Assembly (NCBI GenBank): GCA_965219415.1
Contig: CBDCNP010000002.1
Coordinates: 4,640,001 to 4,704,000 of the forward strand
Length of the DNA: 64,000 nt
Direction of reading: 5' to 3'
DNA from: Candidatus Marinacidobacterales bacterium
GTDB taxonomy: Bacteria > Acidobacteriota > Vicinamibacteria > Marinacidobacterales > DATDRI01
Part shown: positions 9,272 through 19,595 of the stretch, piece by piece
Layout: each line of letters starts with the position of its first letter
Position numbering within the stretch: the first letter of the stretch is position 1
Notes under the pieces: model-generated
What the model was told of the DNA's origin: nothing
Database searches by the model: none
The model's input: the letters and a program-made list of their open reading frames with translations, nothing else
Translations under genes and position numbers: made by a program

Positions 9272-9754
9272 GCATTCTTACGCGTGGGCTGCCTGTGCCT
9301 TCTATTTATTTCATCCGCGCGCACCGAACTTGACTAGTCTCCAGTCTGTCGGCGGCATGCCTACATGATTTCGTCGTTGGTTCGCGCTCTCATCTCTGCC
9401 TTCAAGGTTCGTCGCGAGCTGGCTCTCGAGAATGTCGCTCTTCGGCGGTAGCTCGCCGTCCTTCGCCGCTCGGTGAAACGGCCGCGGCTCTCGAATGTCG
9501 ACCGCGAGTTTTGGGTGCGGTGGCGCTCGCCCCGATGGAGACTAGGATCTCCACCTTTGCCCCGCAAAAAGTCGATCCAGCGTTGATTGCGCGTTTTAGA
9601 CCTGCCATGGTCGGCTGCTTCTGGCCAGAAGGTGAAGTTGCGGTCCGGCGACTCGGGTTCCCCGTTCGCGCAGGGAAACACCGTCCAGAAACGGGATGCC
9701 ACGCTCCCTGGACGAAGACCTGGATCCGGTCCTGGGCAAAGATGGACATAAAGG

Positions 9755-9970
9755 AGGCCCGGGCCGCATCTGGACCAGAACGTGCTAGCCCACTACGCCG
9801 TAGTAGCCTCGGCCTCGATTCTGGGCCTCTCGGGCGAGCCCTTGTCCGCTGCCGCGTGGCCCGGTCAGCGCCTACTCCCTTATTTGGCGCAAACTTGGCA
9901 CTCGGAAATCGAGATTAGAGACGAAATCCGAAAATGAGGCCTTTTCAGCCCTTCTAGCGCGTCTCTGGTG
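9755..9970 (+). repeat. About 200-bp non-coding repeat family (also about 15051-15226 and 36383-36599; partial at 13063-13120, 29216-29380, 51557-51630)
   Basis: Shared CTGGACCAGAACGTGCTAG...CGGCCTCGATTCTGG...CAAACTTGGCACTCGGAAATCGAGATTAGAGACG. Confidence 0.85.
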
Positions 9971-10746
9971 CCACCTGATCCTGCAAAACCCCGCAAACCG
10001 CGCGGAAAATCTCATCCGTCTCTGCAGTGCCACAATTGGCCAGACTGGGTGGCGGATGGTGCAGTTCGGAGCTATCCGGTCTCGGTAAAAGGTATTTATA
10101 GAGTTTATAGAGTGTTACGTCGCGCTTTCGCCGCGCGCGTGGTGGGGCAATGTAGCGAAAACTCAGAGAAGCCCTGGTGCCCACGTCGTTCTATCCTATT
10201 GTCCTGCAGTGATTTAAAGCCATCCTTCACGTGCTGATCCCCGCACGCCTCATCGACGGATGGTCGTTCGAGCTTATTTGCGAAATGACATTTAATTAGA
10301 TTTTCTAGACGGCAATCTCAACCTCCTTGACGCCCGTAAGAGGGCCGTGTTGTAAACCCTCCGACGGAGGCTCCGCTCGTAAATCATTGTAGTGAAAAGC
10401 TCTTACGCCTCATCGATGGACGCGTCGTTGACGGGAACACCTTTCCGACTATCGCAGTCGTAAGGCTCAAGTGGGGGCAAGTGGAGCTATTCGGCTCTTG
10501 GCAGCAAACAAGCAGTAACGGTGCAAAACAGGTCATAAAAATGCAATTGGAGGGCATTTCGGAGCTGCATCGAGCGCTAATCGCTCAGTTAATGAGAAAA
10601 CGCCGTCGTGTCCAAAAACACAAACGAACTCAAAACCCGCACGCCGCCGATGTCATCATCAGTAAGGGGCGATGCCGTTCGCCGACTGATGGAGATCAAG
10701 AGCGAGCGTGGCCGCGGCCGCAGGTTGGCTTACAACGTGACCTGCC

Positions 10747-11510
10747 TCACAGCGTTGCGACGAGGGCACGCTGTTTCTCCCAATCGTCGGGGAGTGGATG
10801 ATGCAAGAGGTAGCTCGAGGTCAGCCCAACGGGCTGACGGCCTTCGACAATGGCACGGACGATGTCGGGAGCCAGGAATGCATAACGGATTGCCTTGCGC
10901 ACCCGGGCCGTTGGGATGGCGTCTTCGGTGGCAATCTCCTCATAGGTTTTGCCCGCTTTGATTCGGTCGAGCCAGGAGAGGGCATTGGCGATATTGCGCA
11001 GGAGTGTGCGGTCGACGGATTTCGTGGGGTTGCCCAGAACGAGCTTGGTCTCGACGCCGCGTCGACGCAAGCGGAACGGCGCGTGGATGCGGAGTGCGTC
11101 CTCGCGAATGCGGTCGGGCCCCATAGACAGGCAAGCAGCGAACGTATCTCGGTCGAGCAGGATAGACACAGAGCCGCGGCTGATATCGACCCGCCGGATG
11201 AGACGAAGCAGGCGAGCTGCCGAGACATTATCATCATGACTGCTATTACTACCGGGACACAGCCCGTCTAGAACGTGACGCACCGAGGCGAGTTTCTGCA
11301 TCGTCGGAGTGTGGGCCAGCGAGGCCGAGAAGGTCGGTGCTCCCACATGCTGTTGGACGAGGTGCACGACGGTCCGTTCCAGCGTGGGTGCGGGCAGACG
11401 CCAACCGGAGAGGTCCTTGTTGCCACTGTGCTGGATGAGGCGCCGGGAGACGTAGTACCGGGGCCGTTGCCCGTTTTTCTTTTTGGTGTGGCTCGGCGTC
11501 AGCCGGTCCC
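10747..11510 (-). pseudogene. C-terminal fragment of a large serine recombinase
   Basis: LTPSHTKKK...RYYVS...WRLPA and RLRRRGVETKLV...AFLAPDIVRAIVEGRQP...LPDDWEKQR; catalytic N-terminus missing. Confidence 0.75.
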
Positions 11511-11626
11511 CGGGGTCGGAAGCCAGTCCTGCGGCGCGAAATACCCTGGATTCTGCGCGGATTCCAAGGGCGTCTAAGCTGCTGATTTGCGGTCTATTTC
11601 AAAAGGGCCGAGTTTTGGCACAGGAC

Positions 11627-12137
11627 GGGGTCGGGGACACGACCGAGTTCGTGATCGGCAGCGGCGGGAAGCTTTATCTCGCGGCGCTCCTCGACCTCTA
11701 CTCGCGATTCCTCGTTGGGTGGGCCGTAAGTGCTATTAACGACCGTCACCTGGTTATCAAGGCGTTGCGGATGGCACTGAAACGTCGCCAACCGGCCGCG
11801 GGGCTCTTGCATCACTCCGATCAGGGCAGTCCGTATGCCAGCAAAGACTACCAACGTCTCCTTGAGACGCATGGCATGACCGGGAGCATGAGCCGACGGG
11901 GCAACTGCTACGACAACGCCGTCATCGAGAGCTGGTTCTCCACGGTCAAGCACGAGCTTGGGGAGCATTTCCTCAGTTGCGGCGAGGCCAAGATGGCCCT
12001 CTTCGACTTCATCGAGGTATTCTACAACCAGAGACGACGACACTCGACCCTCGGCCAGGTCAGTCCGGCCGAGTTTGAACGACGGATGAGGACTTCGCCA
12101 GCTTAACTAAACCGTCTACGAAACCGGATCAAGCCCA
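11627..12137 (+). pseudogene. IS3 orfB 3' fragment with right IR
   Basis: LDLYSR, HHSDQGS, NCYDNAVIESWF; ends ACCGTCTACGAAACCGGATCAAGCCCA. Confidence 0.85.
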
Positions 12138-12288
12138 GGTTGGCGGCACAGAGAGGTGAGGCAAGGATCGGGTGCAAGATTCTCAACACCATGACGGCGC
12201 TCGGGATGCCTGATAGCGAGATGATCGGATGATGGGAGTCGGGGCCAAGCGAGCTCTCGGCCTCTATCGGAGTTGTGCACCAAAGCAG
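12138..12288 (+). mobile_element. IS5-family (IS903-like) 3' end fragment; inverted copy at about 60456-60603
   Basis: EARIGCKILNTMTALGMPDS then GAGTTGTGCACCAAAGC. Confidence 0.7.
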
Positions 12289-12334
12289 AAGCGATGGATG
12301 GCTCAGCATCATAAGGCGTTGATTGAGTGAGCGT

Positions 12335-12690
12335 GCGGGCACGGGCTTGCTCAAGCGAGTTGATGAGTTCGGCGAGCGTGCCGTAGTAGACTCGCCGTCC
12401 CTTCTGTGCTGCGGCGATCGCGAGGCTGATCGTGAGATGGGTCTTACCGACGCCGGGCGGTCCCAACAGAACGACGTTCTCCTCGCGCCCGACGAAACTG
12501 AATTCGTGGAGGGAGTCGATCTGCTCGTATTTGATCGACAGCTGGAACGAATCGAGCGTCTTCACCGCGGGTAGGTGCGACGAGCGCATCGCTGCCTGTA
12601 GCCGCCGGTTGTTATGCAGCGTGATCTGCGCTCCCAGAAGCCGCTCGATCGCCTCCTGCGTCGTGACCGCGCCGCCGTCGGCGTCGGAGA
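12335..12690 (-). pseudogene. istB: Degenerate IS21 istB fragment
   Basis: LPAVKTL...GPPGVGKTHL; homologous to 48807-49604. Confidence 0.85.
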
Positions 12691-13278
12691 AGACACCGTC
12701 GACTTGTGCTCCGCAAAAAGTCGATCCGGCGTTGATTGCGCGGTTTAGACTTGCTATGATCAGCTACTTTGCCGTCGTGTCCAAGAACACAAACGAACTC
12801 AAGACCTGCGGGCCGGGACGTTTCGGATTAGAGGTGTCTAAGCTTGGTTCGCCAACGGAAACTAGAATCCTCAGTCATAGGCATGCCGATCCAGCCCTTG
12901 ACATGGTCGGCGGTCGCCATCTCCGGTTGAATCCAGCGTGACCAACAGGCAGCTATCGTTTACTTGCTTGAGGAGAGCAGAATCCTCCAAGCTCGGCTTC
13001 GCGGGAGGAAGCTTCGCTCAAACTTGGCGGACCCTGGTTGAGGCCCAATTCGAGACAAGATAAGGGCATCAAGGAGGCTTAGGCGCACCTGGATCAGAAC
13101 GTGCTAGTCCGCGACGCCCCGGAAGTAGTTCTCACCAGGGCGATGTTCCGGAAGCGGCGTCGCTCAGATGGCGATTCGTAACGTTGCCAGTGGATAAAGT
13201 TTTGGCACGGGACGCGGTCCGCTTTTTGCCCAGCCGATCGGATCTGCTACCCTTCAATCACTCGGTCGAACAATCCCA

Positions 13279-15018
13279 ATGAACAACGCTGACGACAGAC
13301 CCAAAGTTGATCGGGATTGGATCGCCTTCGTTGTCGCGTGGCTTCCCTACTCGCTATTGACCTATAAATTTTGGCACAACGTCGACGACGCTTTCATCAG
13401 TTTCCGTTACGCGAAGAACTGGGCGATGGGATACGGTCTCCGCTACAACCTGGGGTTTCAGCCACCGGAAGAAGGATACAGCAACTTCCTGTGGGTCGCG
13501 GTGTGCGCGTTGGTCGAATATTTGGAACTTGACATCACTTTCTGGGCACCGATGCTCGGTTTCGCCTGTGGTTCTTTGCTCTTGTATCTGGTCTTTCGAA
13601 CGCTACGGCGAGATTTCGGGATGGGGCTCAGCGTGGCCTTTCCCATAACGCTGGGCCTGGGCCTTTTTCCACCCTATGCTTTGTGGTCGACGGGCGGTCT
13701 GGGTACCATGGCGTTCGCCTTTTCCACCTTCGCGACGGCCTACTTTCTTGTTCTACGCTCGGCTGGCATCGCGCCTTACCCCGGTGCGCTCGCCGGTGTG
13801 GCCATGGCGTTGTTGCGTACTGAAGGCATTGCCTGGGCTTTGCTCATTGCCCTACTGGGAATTGTCACCCGACGGATGAGAGGGGAATCGGTCTGGCGAC
13901 CGGTAGCCGTCTATGTGGCGATCGTGGGCACTACTTTTTCAGTCTATTTTGCGTGGCGATACTCCTATTACCAGCTTCTCTTTCCCAATCCGGTCTATGC
14001 CAAGGTTGGTTTCAGTCCCGAAGTCGCACTGCGAGGTTTCCGCTACGTGGCCTCATTCGCTCTCACATTTGTGACACCGCTTTTCTTGTTGCTGGCGGCT
14101 GGCTATGTAGCTTGTCGGGAAGCACCGAAACCGGTAGGGCTTGCCCTCGGAACCTTGAGCTTGGCATTTCCCGCCTACGCTGTGGTGGTCGGCGGGGATT
14201 GGATGGCCATGGGACGGTTTCTAGTTCCCGGTTTCGCCTTCGGAGCACTCTTGATGGGATGGTTGGTGGCTAGGCTGTGGGAACAGCTCTCATCGCGCCT
14301 TGTGGTCATGGCGGTAGTGATAACGACCATCACGGTGGGCCTCCTTCCCGCTTGGAACGTGCATCTGGTTCCCGAATCTGTGCGCCGCGCCTCTCGTTTT
14401 CGCTACAGCAGTTCCTTCCGCACTGAGTACGATTTATGGAGTACGGGAGTCGAGAACTTCCGCCTCCGGAAGGAGGCCGCGCTGACGCTCAAGCGGTATT
14501 TCGAGCCGGGAGACAGCGTCGTTTATACAGCGATCGGCGGGCTCGGATACTATTCTGGCCTACACATCTACGACCGTAACGGCCTAGTCGACCGCCACGT
14601 CGCGATGCGTGAGCCCAAACCTGTTCTCTCTCCCGGGCATGACGCAGAGGTCCCGCTGGACTTTTTTCTCTCCCACGAACCGACCATCCTGCGGTTCGCG
14701 AGAACGGTCGGGCCGCCACCGGATCGCGAGAATCCAGAGTATCCATTAGCGCAGCGCATTCGATTGAGAGCTGAGCGTTGGAGAGAATGGGGTCCTGGTC
14801 AGATCTGGCGACGCTACGCACCAGAGGTTCTACCGTTGAAGCCGTTGCCCGACGGTAGGCGTAACGTGCTCTTGGTTCTTCGATTGATCGAAGAATCTCC
14901 GCATATCGCTACACTCTCTCGTCCCGAGCGCATCGCCACGCGCAAGAGGCGTGCCAGAAGAGCTTGGGGCGACTTTTTTGCGGATTTGAATTCTCCCTTG
15001 ATAGCAGAAAACGACTGA
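13279..15018 (+). CDS. Polytopic membrane GT-C glycosyltransferase (AftB/arabinofuranosyltransferase-like)
   Basis: DDAFISFRYAKN...G.GLRYN...EGYSNFLW, RTEG, PNPVYAK, GGDWM...RF; many TM segments. Confidence 0.75.
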   Translation: MNNADDRPKVDRDWIAFVVAWLPYSLLTYKFWHNVDDAFISFRYAKNWAMGYGLRYNLGFQPPEEGYSNFLWVAVCALVEYLELDITFWAPMLGFACGSLLLYLVFRTLRRDFGMGLSVAFPITLGLGLFPPYALWSTGGLGTMAFAFSTFATAYFLVLRSAGIAPYPGALAGVAMALLRTEGIAWALLIALLGIVTRRMRGESVWRPVAVYVAIVGTTFSVYFAWRYSYYQLLFPNPVYAKVGFSPEVALRGFRYVASFALTFVTPLFLLLAAGYVACREAPKPVGLALGTLSLAFPAYAVVVGGDWMAMGRFLVPGFAFGALLMGWLVARLWEQLSSRLVVMAVVITTITVGLLPAWNVHLVPESVRRASRFRYSSSFRTEYDLWSTGVENFRLRKEAALTLKRYFEPGDSVVYTAIGGLGYYSGLHIYDRNGLVDRHVAMREPKPVLSPGHDAEVPLDFFLSHEPTILRFARTVGPPPDRENPEYPLAQRIRLRAERWREWGPGQIWRRYAPEVLPLKPLPDGRRNVLLVLRLIEESPHIATLSRPERIATRKRRARRAWGDFFADLNSPLIAEND

Positions 15019-15227
15019 TCTTAGCTATCAGCGGCTCGATGGAAGAGATAACCGCTGTAGCCCCGGCCTCGATTCTGGACCTCTCGGATGGCCTCTTTTC
15101 CATTGCTGCACGGCCCGGTCCGCGGCCCTCTCCCTCCTTTGGCGCAAACTTGTCCCTCGGAAATCGAGATTAGAGACAAAACCCGAAAATGAGGCCCGTT
15201 CAGCCCTTCTGGCGTGTCTCTGGTGCC

Positions 15228-15405
15228 TGTGCCTTCTATTTATTCATCCGCGCGCCCCGAACCTGATCGGTCTCCGATCTGCCGGGACTATGCCTGCATG
15301 ATTTCGTCGTTTGTTTGCGCTCGGCCCTGGGCACGGCCGCAAACACAGACTCTAAGTTGCTGATTTATGGCCTATTTCGAAAGGGCCGAGTTTTGGCACA
15401 GGACG
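15228..15405 (+). mobile_element. 178-bp two-ended mini-element (TGTGCCTTC...GGCACAGGACG family)
   Basis: Near-identical copy at 52102-52278; shorter and longer versions at 49983-50074, 51404-51786, 60697-60844. Confidence 0.85.
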
Positions 15406-15713
15406 AGGTCGGCGAAATCCTAAACGGCCGGTTGAAAGACGGGAAGGTCAAGTACGCTACGACCGCGACGAAGTCTCGCCCGCGGAACTGGAAGAGGTCG
15501 GCGTGGCTGCTCGCGCGGCGGTTCCCCGATAGGTGGGGGCCACGAGCAAAAAGAGAAGCTCACGAAGGAGAGGCTCGCGATAGACAACCCACCGTCATTT
15601 GCCTCCTACCGGATAATGGACGTGTGCGCCGAATGGGGGAGAATAAGACTGCGCAATTGCCAGGAAAGAGGCCAAGAGCGGACAATTCCGTGAATTTTAA
15701 GATTCCCCCAAAC

Positions 15714-16358
15714 ATGGCTGGACGGAAAACTAAACTCACCCCCGAGCGCCAAGAGAAGATCCTCAGGTGCGTTCGAGCAGGGATGAGCTATAAGGATGCA
15801 GCGCAGTCCGTTGGCATAACCCCAGAGACACTTTGCAGGTGGCTCGCACGTGGGAAGGTAGAGAGCGGCCTATTTCATGAATTTTACGAGTCCATCCGGA
15901 AGGCCCTGGTACACTTCGAATTGGTTCACCTCGAGAACATCGAGCGGAGCGCCCTCGGGGAGAGCAAGATTATCCAGCAGACGGTGAAATACAAGGGCGG
16001 CGAAATTCTAAACGGCCAGTTGAAAGACGGGAAGGTCAAGTACGCTACGATCGTGTCGAAGTTTAGCCCGCCGAAGGCGGAGGCTTCGATGTGGCTGCTC
16101 GCGCGGTCGTTCCCCGAGAGGTGGGGGCCACAAGCAAAAGGAGAAGCTCACGAAGGAAAGGCTCCCGATAGACAAGCCACTGTCATACTCTACAAACTGG
16201 ATAAAAATGGACGTGTATGCGACTTGGTGCTCCCCTCCGATCCTCACTTTAGTAGCGAAATGCTGAAATCACCCGATTTTCTGCGGAGAATTCGGAAGAT
16301 GCTATTGGCGGCGGGTCATCCAGTAGGCGAGTTCGGGCATCCGCGTCCGACTGCATAG
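15714..16358 (+). CDS. HTH protein resembling a phage terminase small subunit; preceded in frame by a paralogous C-terminal fragment (15406-15713)
   Basis: MAGRKTKLTPERQEKIL...AAQSVGITPETLCRWL...WLLARSFPERWG; direct repeat about 15410-15625 vs 15997-16215. Confidence 0.55.
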   Translation: MAGRKTKLTPERQEKILRCVRAGMSYKDAAQSVGITPETLCRWLARGKVESGLFHEFYESIRKALVHFELVHLENIERSALGESKIIQQTVKYKGGEILNGQLKDGKVKYATIVSKFSPPKAEASMWLLARSFPERWGPQAKGEAHEGKAPDRQATVILYKLDKNGRVCDLVLPSDPHFSSEMLKSPDFLRRIRKMLLAAGHPVGEFGHPRPTA

Positions 16359-16411
16359 AGTCCGTGTCCGCCCCGCCTATCGCGGAGCACCCGTGGGGTG
16401 CTTCCGCCGGT

Positions 16412-17696
16412 TGTGCATCGTCAAAACTGCTCCGCCCACGAAATCAAGGACTTACGCTCCGCTTGAATTCCGGGCCGAAGACGGCGAAACTCCACCGCTA
16501 TGCTCGACGTTGTTGTCTTCCTCGTCTCACTTGGCGTCCGTGTCATTCGGGCGATGTGTCGGCGCCGCGCCGACCTGGTGTTGGAGAACGTCGCTTTGCG
16601 GCAGCAAGTGACGGCGCTGAAGAAAGAGCGCCCACGCCCACCGCTCGAAGACACGGAACGGGCTTTCTGGGTTGCTCTTCGAGCTTCGTGGCGCGTGTGG
16701 GCGAGCCGCCTGCTCATCGTCCACGCGGACACCGTGGCCCGTTGGCATCGCGACCGATTCCGACGGTACTGGGCAAAGATGTCGCAGCGCTGCCATCCCG
16801 GTCGGCCTCGGATTGATGCCGAGATTCGCCGCCTCGTCCGCACGATGGCGCAAGACGGCTGGGGGGCGCCACGCATCCATGCTGAGCTCACCAAGCTCGG
16901 TTTCATCATCTCCGAGATTACGGTGTCGCGATACCTGCCGCGGCATCCCGCGGAGCCCGACCAGCTGAAGCGATGGATGGCTTTCTTGCGCAACCATAAA
17001 GACGATATCGCCGCCATGGATCTGTTCACCGTGCCCACCGCTTCGCTCCGGCTGCTGTACGGCTTCTTCGTCATCGAGCACGGCCGTCGGCACATCGTTC
17101 ACTTCAACGCCACGTTCCACCCGACGTCTGCTTGGGTTATTCAGCAACTGCGTGAAGCGTTTCCCTACGACACCGCTCCGAAATATCTCATCTTCGATCG
17201 CGACTTCATCTTTAGCGCTGCGGTCATCGAGTTCATCAAAGCAACGGGCACAAAACCCGTTCGCACTTCGTTTCGCAGCCCATGGCAAAACGGAACCGCG
17301 GAGCGGTGGGTCGGCAGCTGCCGTCGCGAGCTCCTTGAGCACGTCGTGGTTCTCGGCGCATGTCATCTCATCCGGCTCGTGCGAGCTTACATCAGCTACT
17401 ATCACGAGGACCGTTGCCACTTGGGGCTGAACAAGGACACACCGAGCTTGAGAGCGGTCACGCACCGACCGTCTCCTACGGCGAAAGTAGTCGCACTGCC
17501 GCGAGTCGGTGGATTGCACCATCGATACGAGTGGCGAGAGGCAGCCTGAGTCAGCTTGGTTGCTCGCGTTACTCGGCTGGTCGCCGAGAAGTTCGTCCTC
17601 AGCACTTTCCCTCGCGCGCTGACCACGCTCTCCAGCATGTGCTCGAGGGCGGTCCGAGCCTAGAGTCCAGTCCCGGATAAATAATGATGATGGACA
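16412..17696 (+). mobile_element. Complete rve-integrase-core IS (1285 bp; family assignment unclear)
   Basis: TGT...ACA ends defined by partial copies at 45854, 8904 and 52046; single ORF. Confidence 0.85.
16500..17549 (+). CDS. Integrase-core (DDE) transposase, 349 aa
   Basis: LENVALRQQ, WGAPRIHAEL, AMDLFTV, IFDRD, PWQNGTAERWVGSCRRE, GGLHHRY. Confidence 0.9.
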   Translation: MLDVVVFLVSLGVRVIRAMCRRRADLVLENVALRQQVTALKKERPRPPLEDTERAFWVALRASWRVWASRLLIVHADTVARWHRDRFRRYWAKMSQRCHPGRPRIDAEIRRLVRTMAQDGWGAPRIHAELTKLGFIISEITVSRYLPRHPAEPDQLKRWMAFLRNHKDDIAAMDLFTVPTASLRLLYGFFVIEHGRRHIVHFNATFHPTSAWVIQQLREAFPYDTAPKYLIFDRDFIFSAAVIEFIKATGTKPVRTSFRSPWQNGTAERWVGSCRRELLEHVVVLGACHLIRLVRAYISYYHEDRCHLGLNKDTPSLRAVTHRPSPTAKVVALPRVGGLHHRYEWREAA

Positions 17697-17715
17697 AGAT
17701 GTTCTGAAATTTACT

Positions 17716-19005
17716 TCAAGCGATTACACTATTGCTCTCGTCGTAAACCCGACCATCCGACTCTATAACCATTGCCTCCGAGCCGTCGGGCCTGCGCTTC
17801 CAACTCAACGTGTAAGGCACTTCCTCACCGTCAATATATATACTTGCCGCTCCAGTGGCACCAGGCTCGATCCCCACAATCTTGATTACGTGTTTCTTGT
17901 CGCCAGTCGACGCCCGCACGCCACACACTGATGCCGCCATTATCATCCGTTCCACCAAGTACTTCAGTTGCGCAATTTCGCACCCCAGGCCATCCGCGCG
18001 GTCGCCTCCTGTGTGAACCGCCTGGCCCCGAATCCGAGACAGCCGCTTTACGACCTCAGTATCACCTTCATGCAATTTGACGCCGAACGCCTTTGCGAAC
18101 AACTCTAGTCTCGTTCGTATAGGCCACGTATTGTTCAGGAGCCGTCCCTTCAGCAAGTCCCTAACGACTCCCGCCTTATCTGTTTTGTCCTCGTCGTCGC
18201 CAATCTCGTCGATCGCTTTGAGAAGCGCCTTCTTGATGTCGACACGACGCTTGTCGAATATCGGAGGATATTCTATCGCGCAAAGCACAGCTTCGAGAGC
18301 CGTCCACACGGGCAATAATTGGTACTCATCCTCCAGCGTGCGGGCTGCTTCAGCCAGCCAATGCACCGCAGTCTGCACGGCCTTCGCTATTCTGTTTTCA
18401 CGAACACTCCGCGCGCTGGACTCCAATTGCTCAACGGCATCCCCGGATGTCGCCACTCGCTGGAAGTGGCGAAAAAATATTCGCAACCTCTCTTTCGCCG
18501 TCCGCAACTGCGCCTTATTGTCGACAAATGTCAGTGGCACTGAACGCACCCAACCCTTCAGCGTCTTGTCTTCACACAAAAGCAACCATGGTCGGGTGGA
18601 CACCGTCGTCATGGACTCTGCGGCGTCCCAATCTAGGCGCTCGCTGTCATGTAGTGTGTCCAAGTGGCTGGCTCCGGCTTGCAGAGCGAAGGTGATTAAG
18701 TCAGCAGCAAATCGTGCGCGTCGCAAGGCGTGCGCTTCCGCCTCTAATGGTGTACGTGTTACCACCGTGCCGTATACTTTGGGCACATTCACTGCCCACG
18801 ACTCCTCATCTACATCTTCCGTCAGTTTCCCTATCAATTTGTTGACTGGGTCCTTTCCGTCAGAGGACGTGAGCCCGAAGTCTGAATGACCGATCAATCG
18901 ATCGGTGTCATCATTGGACAACCCAATCAACGGAACGGCGTAACGGAATACCCGCTGAGTTGTGTCGGGTACATATCCGTGCACACTGGGATTTTGTCCG
19001 CTGTG
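17716..19005 (-). pseudogene. 5'-truncated HEPN (ApeA-like) domain protein
   Basis: AVHWLAEA...WTALEAVL...RGQAVH (Rx4H); the ORF N-terminus is IS3/IS1 sequence. Confidence 0.6.
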
Positions 19006-19007
19006 CG

Positions 19008-19101
19008 AGGTTTTCGTGCTCAGTAGGGCGCGCAACCCGGTCTCTTCTGCACCTGTACCACTGCCCGCAGCTGCGTAGCAACACTTGATGGCGGAAGCAC
19101 C
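19008..19101 (+). mobile_element. IS1-family right-end fragment carrying an EMPTY IS1111 target site
   Basis: Matches 47168-47243 and continues uninterrupted as TAGCAACACTTGATGGCGGAAGCACC. Confidence 0.92.
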
Positions 19102-19574
19102 TCGCTTGCTGGGCGAGCGCTTCATCTGAGCGTAGTAGCCGCTGGTCGATACCCTCAGGACTCGGCACATCACCTGCACCGGGTAGTTGGCCCGCTCCGC
19201 GTGAATGAAATTGAATCTCATTCGCTTTCTTTCGCGAAGAAGGCCGCCGCCTTTTTTAATATCTCTCGCTCTTGCTCCAACGTGCGCACTCGACGTCGTA
19301 GCGAACCCAGCTCATCATGTTCCGCCGTCGTCAGAGCCTCGCGTGGACCTTCACCGTGATCAACTTTGTATTGTTTCACCCAGTTTCGAAGGGCCGATTC
19401 CGTCAGGTCCAGTTCCTTAGCGACCTGGCCGATGCTGCGTTCGCCCTCCCTGAACAGCCGGACCGCTTCCTTCTTGAACTCCCCCGTGAACTTCCTGCGT
19501 CGTCGCTTTCCCATGGACGCCTCCAGGCGCGTTGTCGCGCCTCGGTTGGTGTCCACAAAACCCGGGCAGGGTCA
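19102..19574 (-). mobile_element. IS3-family left part: IRL, orfA (19218-19514) and truncated orfB
   Basis: RRKFTGEFKKEAVRL...EREILKKAAAFFAKE; IR TGACCCTGCCCGGGTTTTGTGGACA. Confidence 0.88.
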
Positions 19575-19595
19575 AGGAGCCTCCTTGGTGTCCAG

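Noticed and set aside
10240-10435. Imperfect direct repeat ACGCCTCATCGA(C/T)GGA in an AT-richer spacer as a dif or att site
   Set aside because: Only two copies, no match to the XerC/D consensus and no assignable function
17716-19221. 501-aa transposase-HEPN fusion protein
   Set aside because: Chance read-through of IS3 orfB, an inverted IS1 end and a truncated gene
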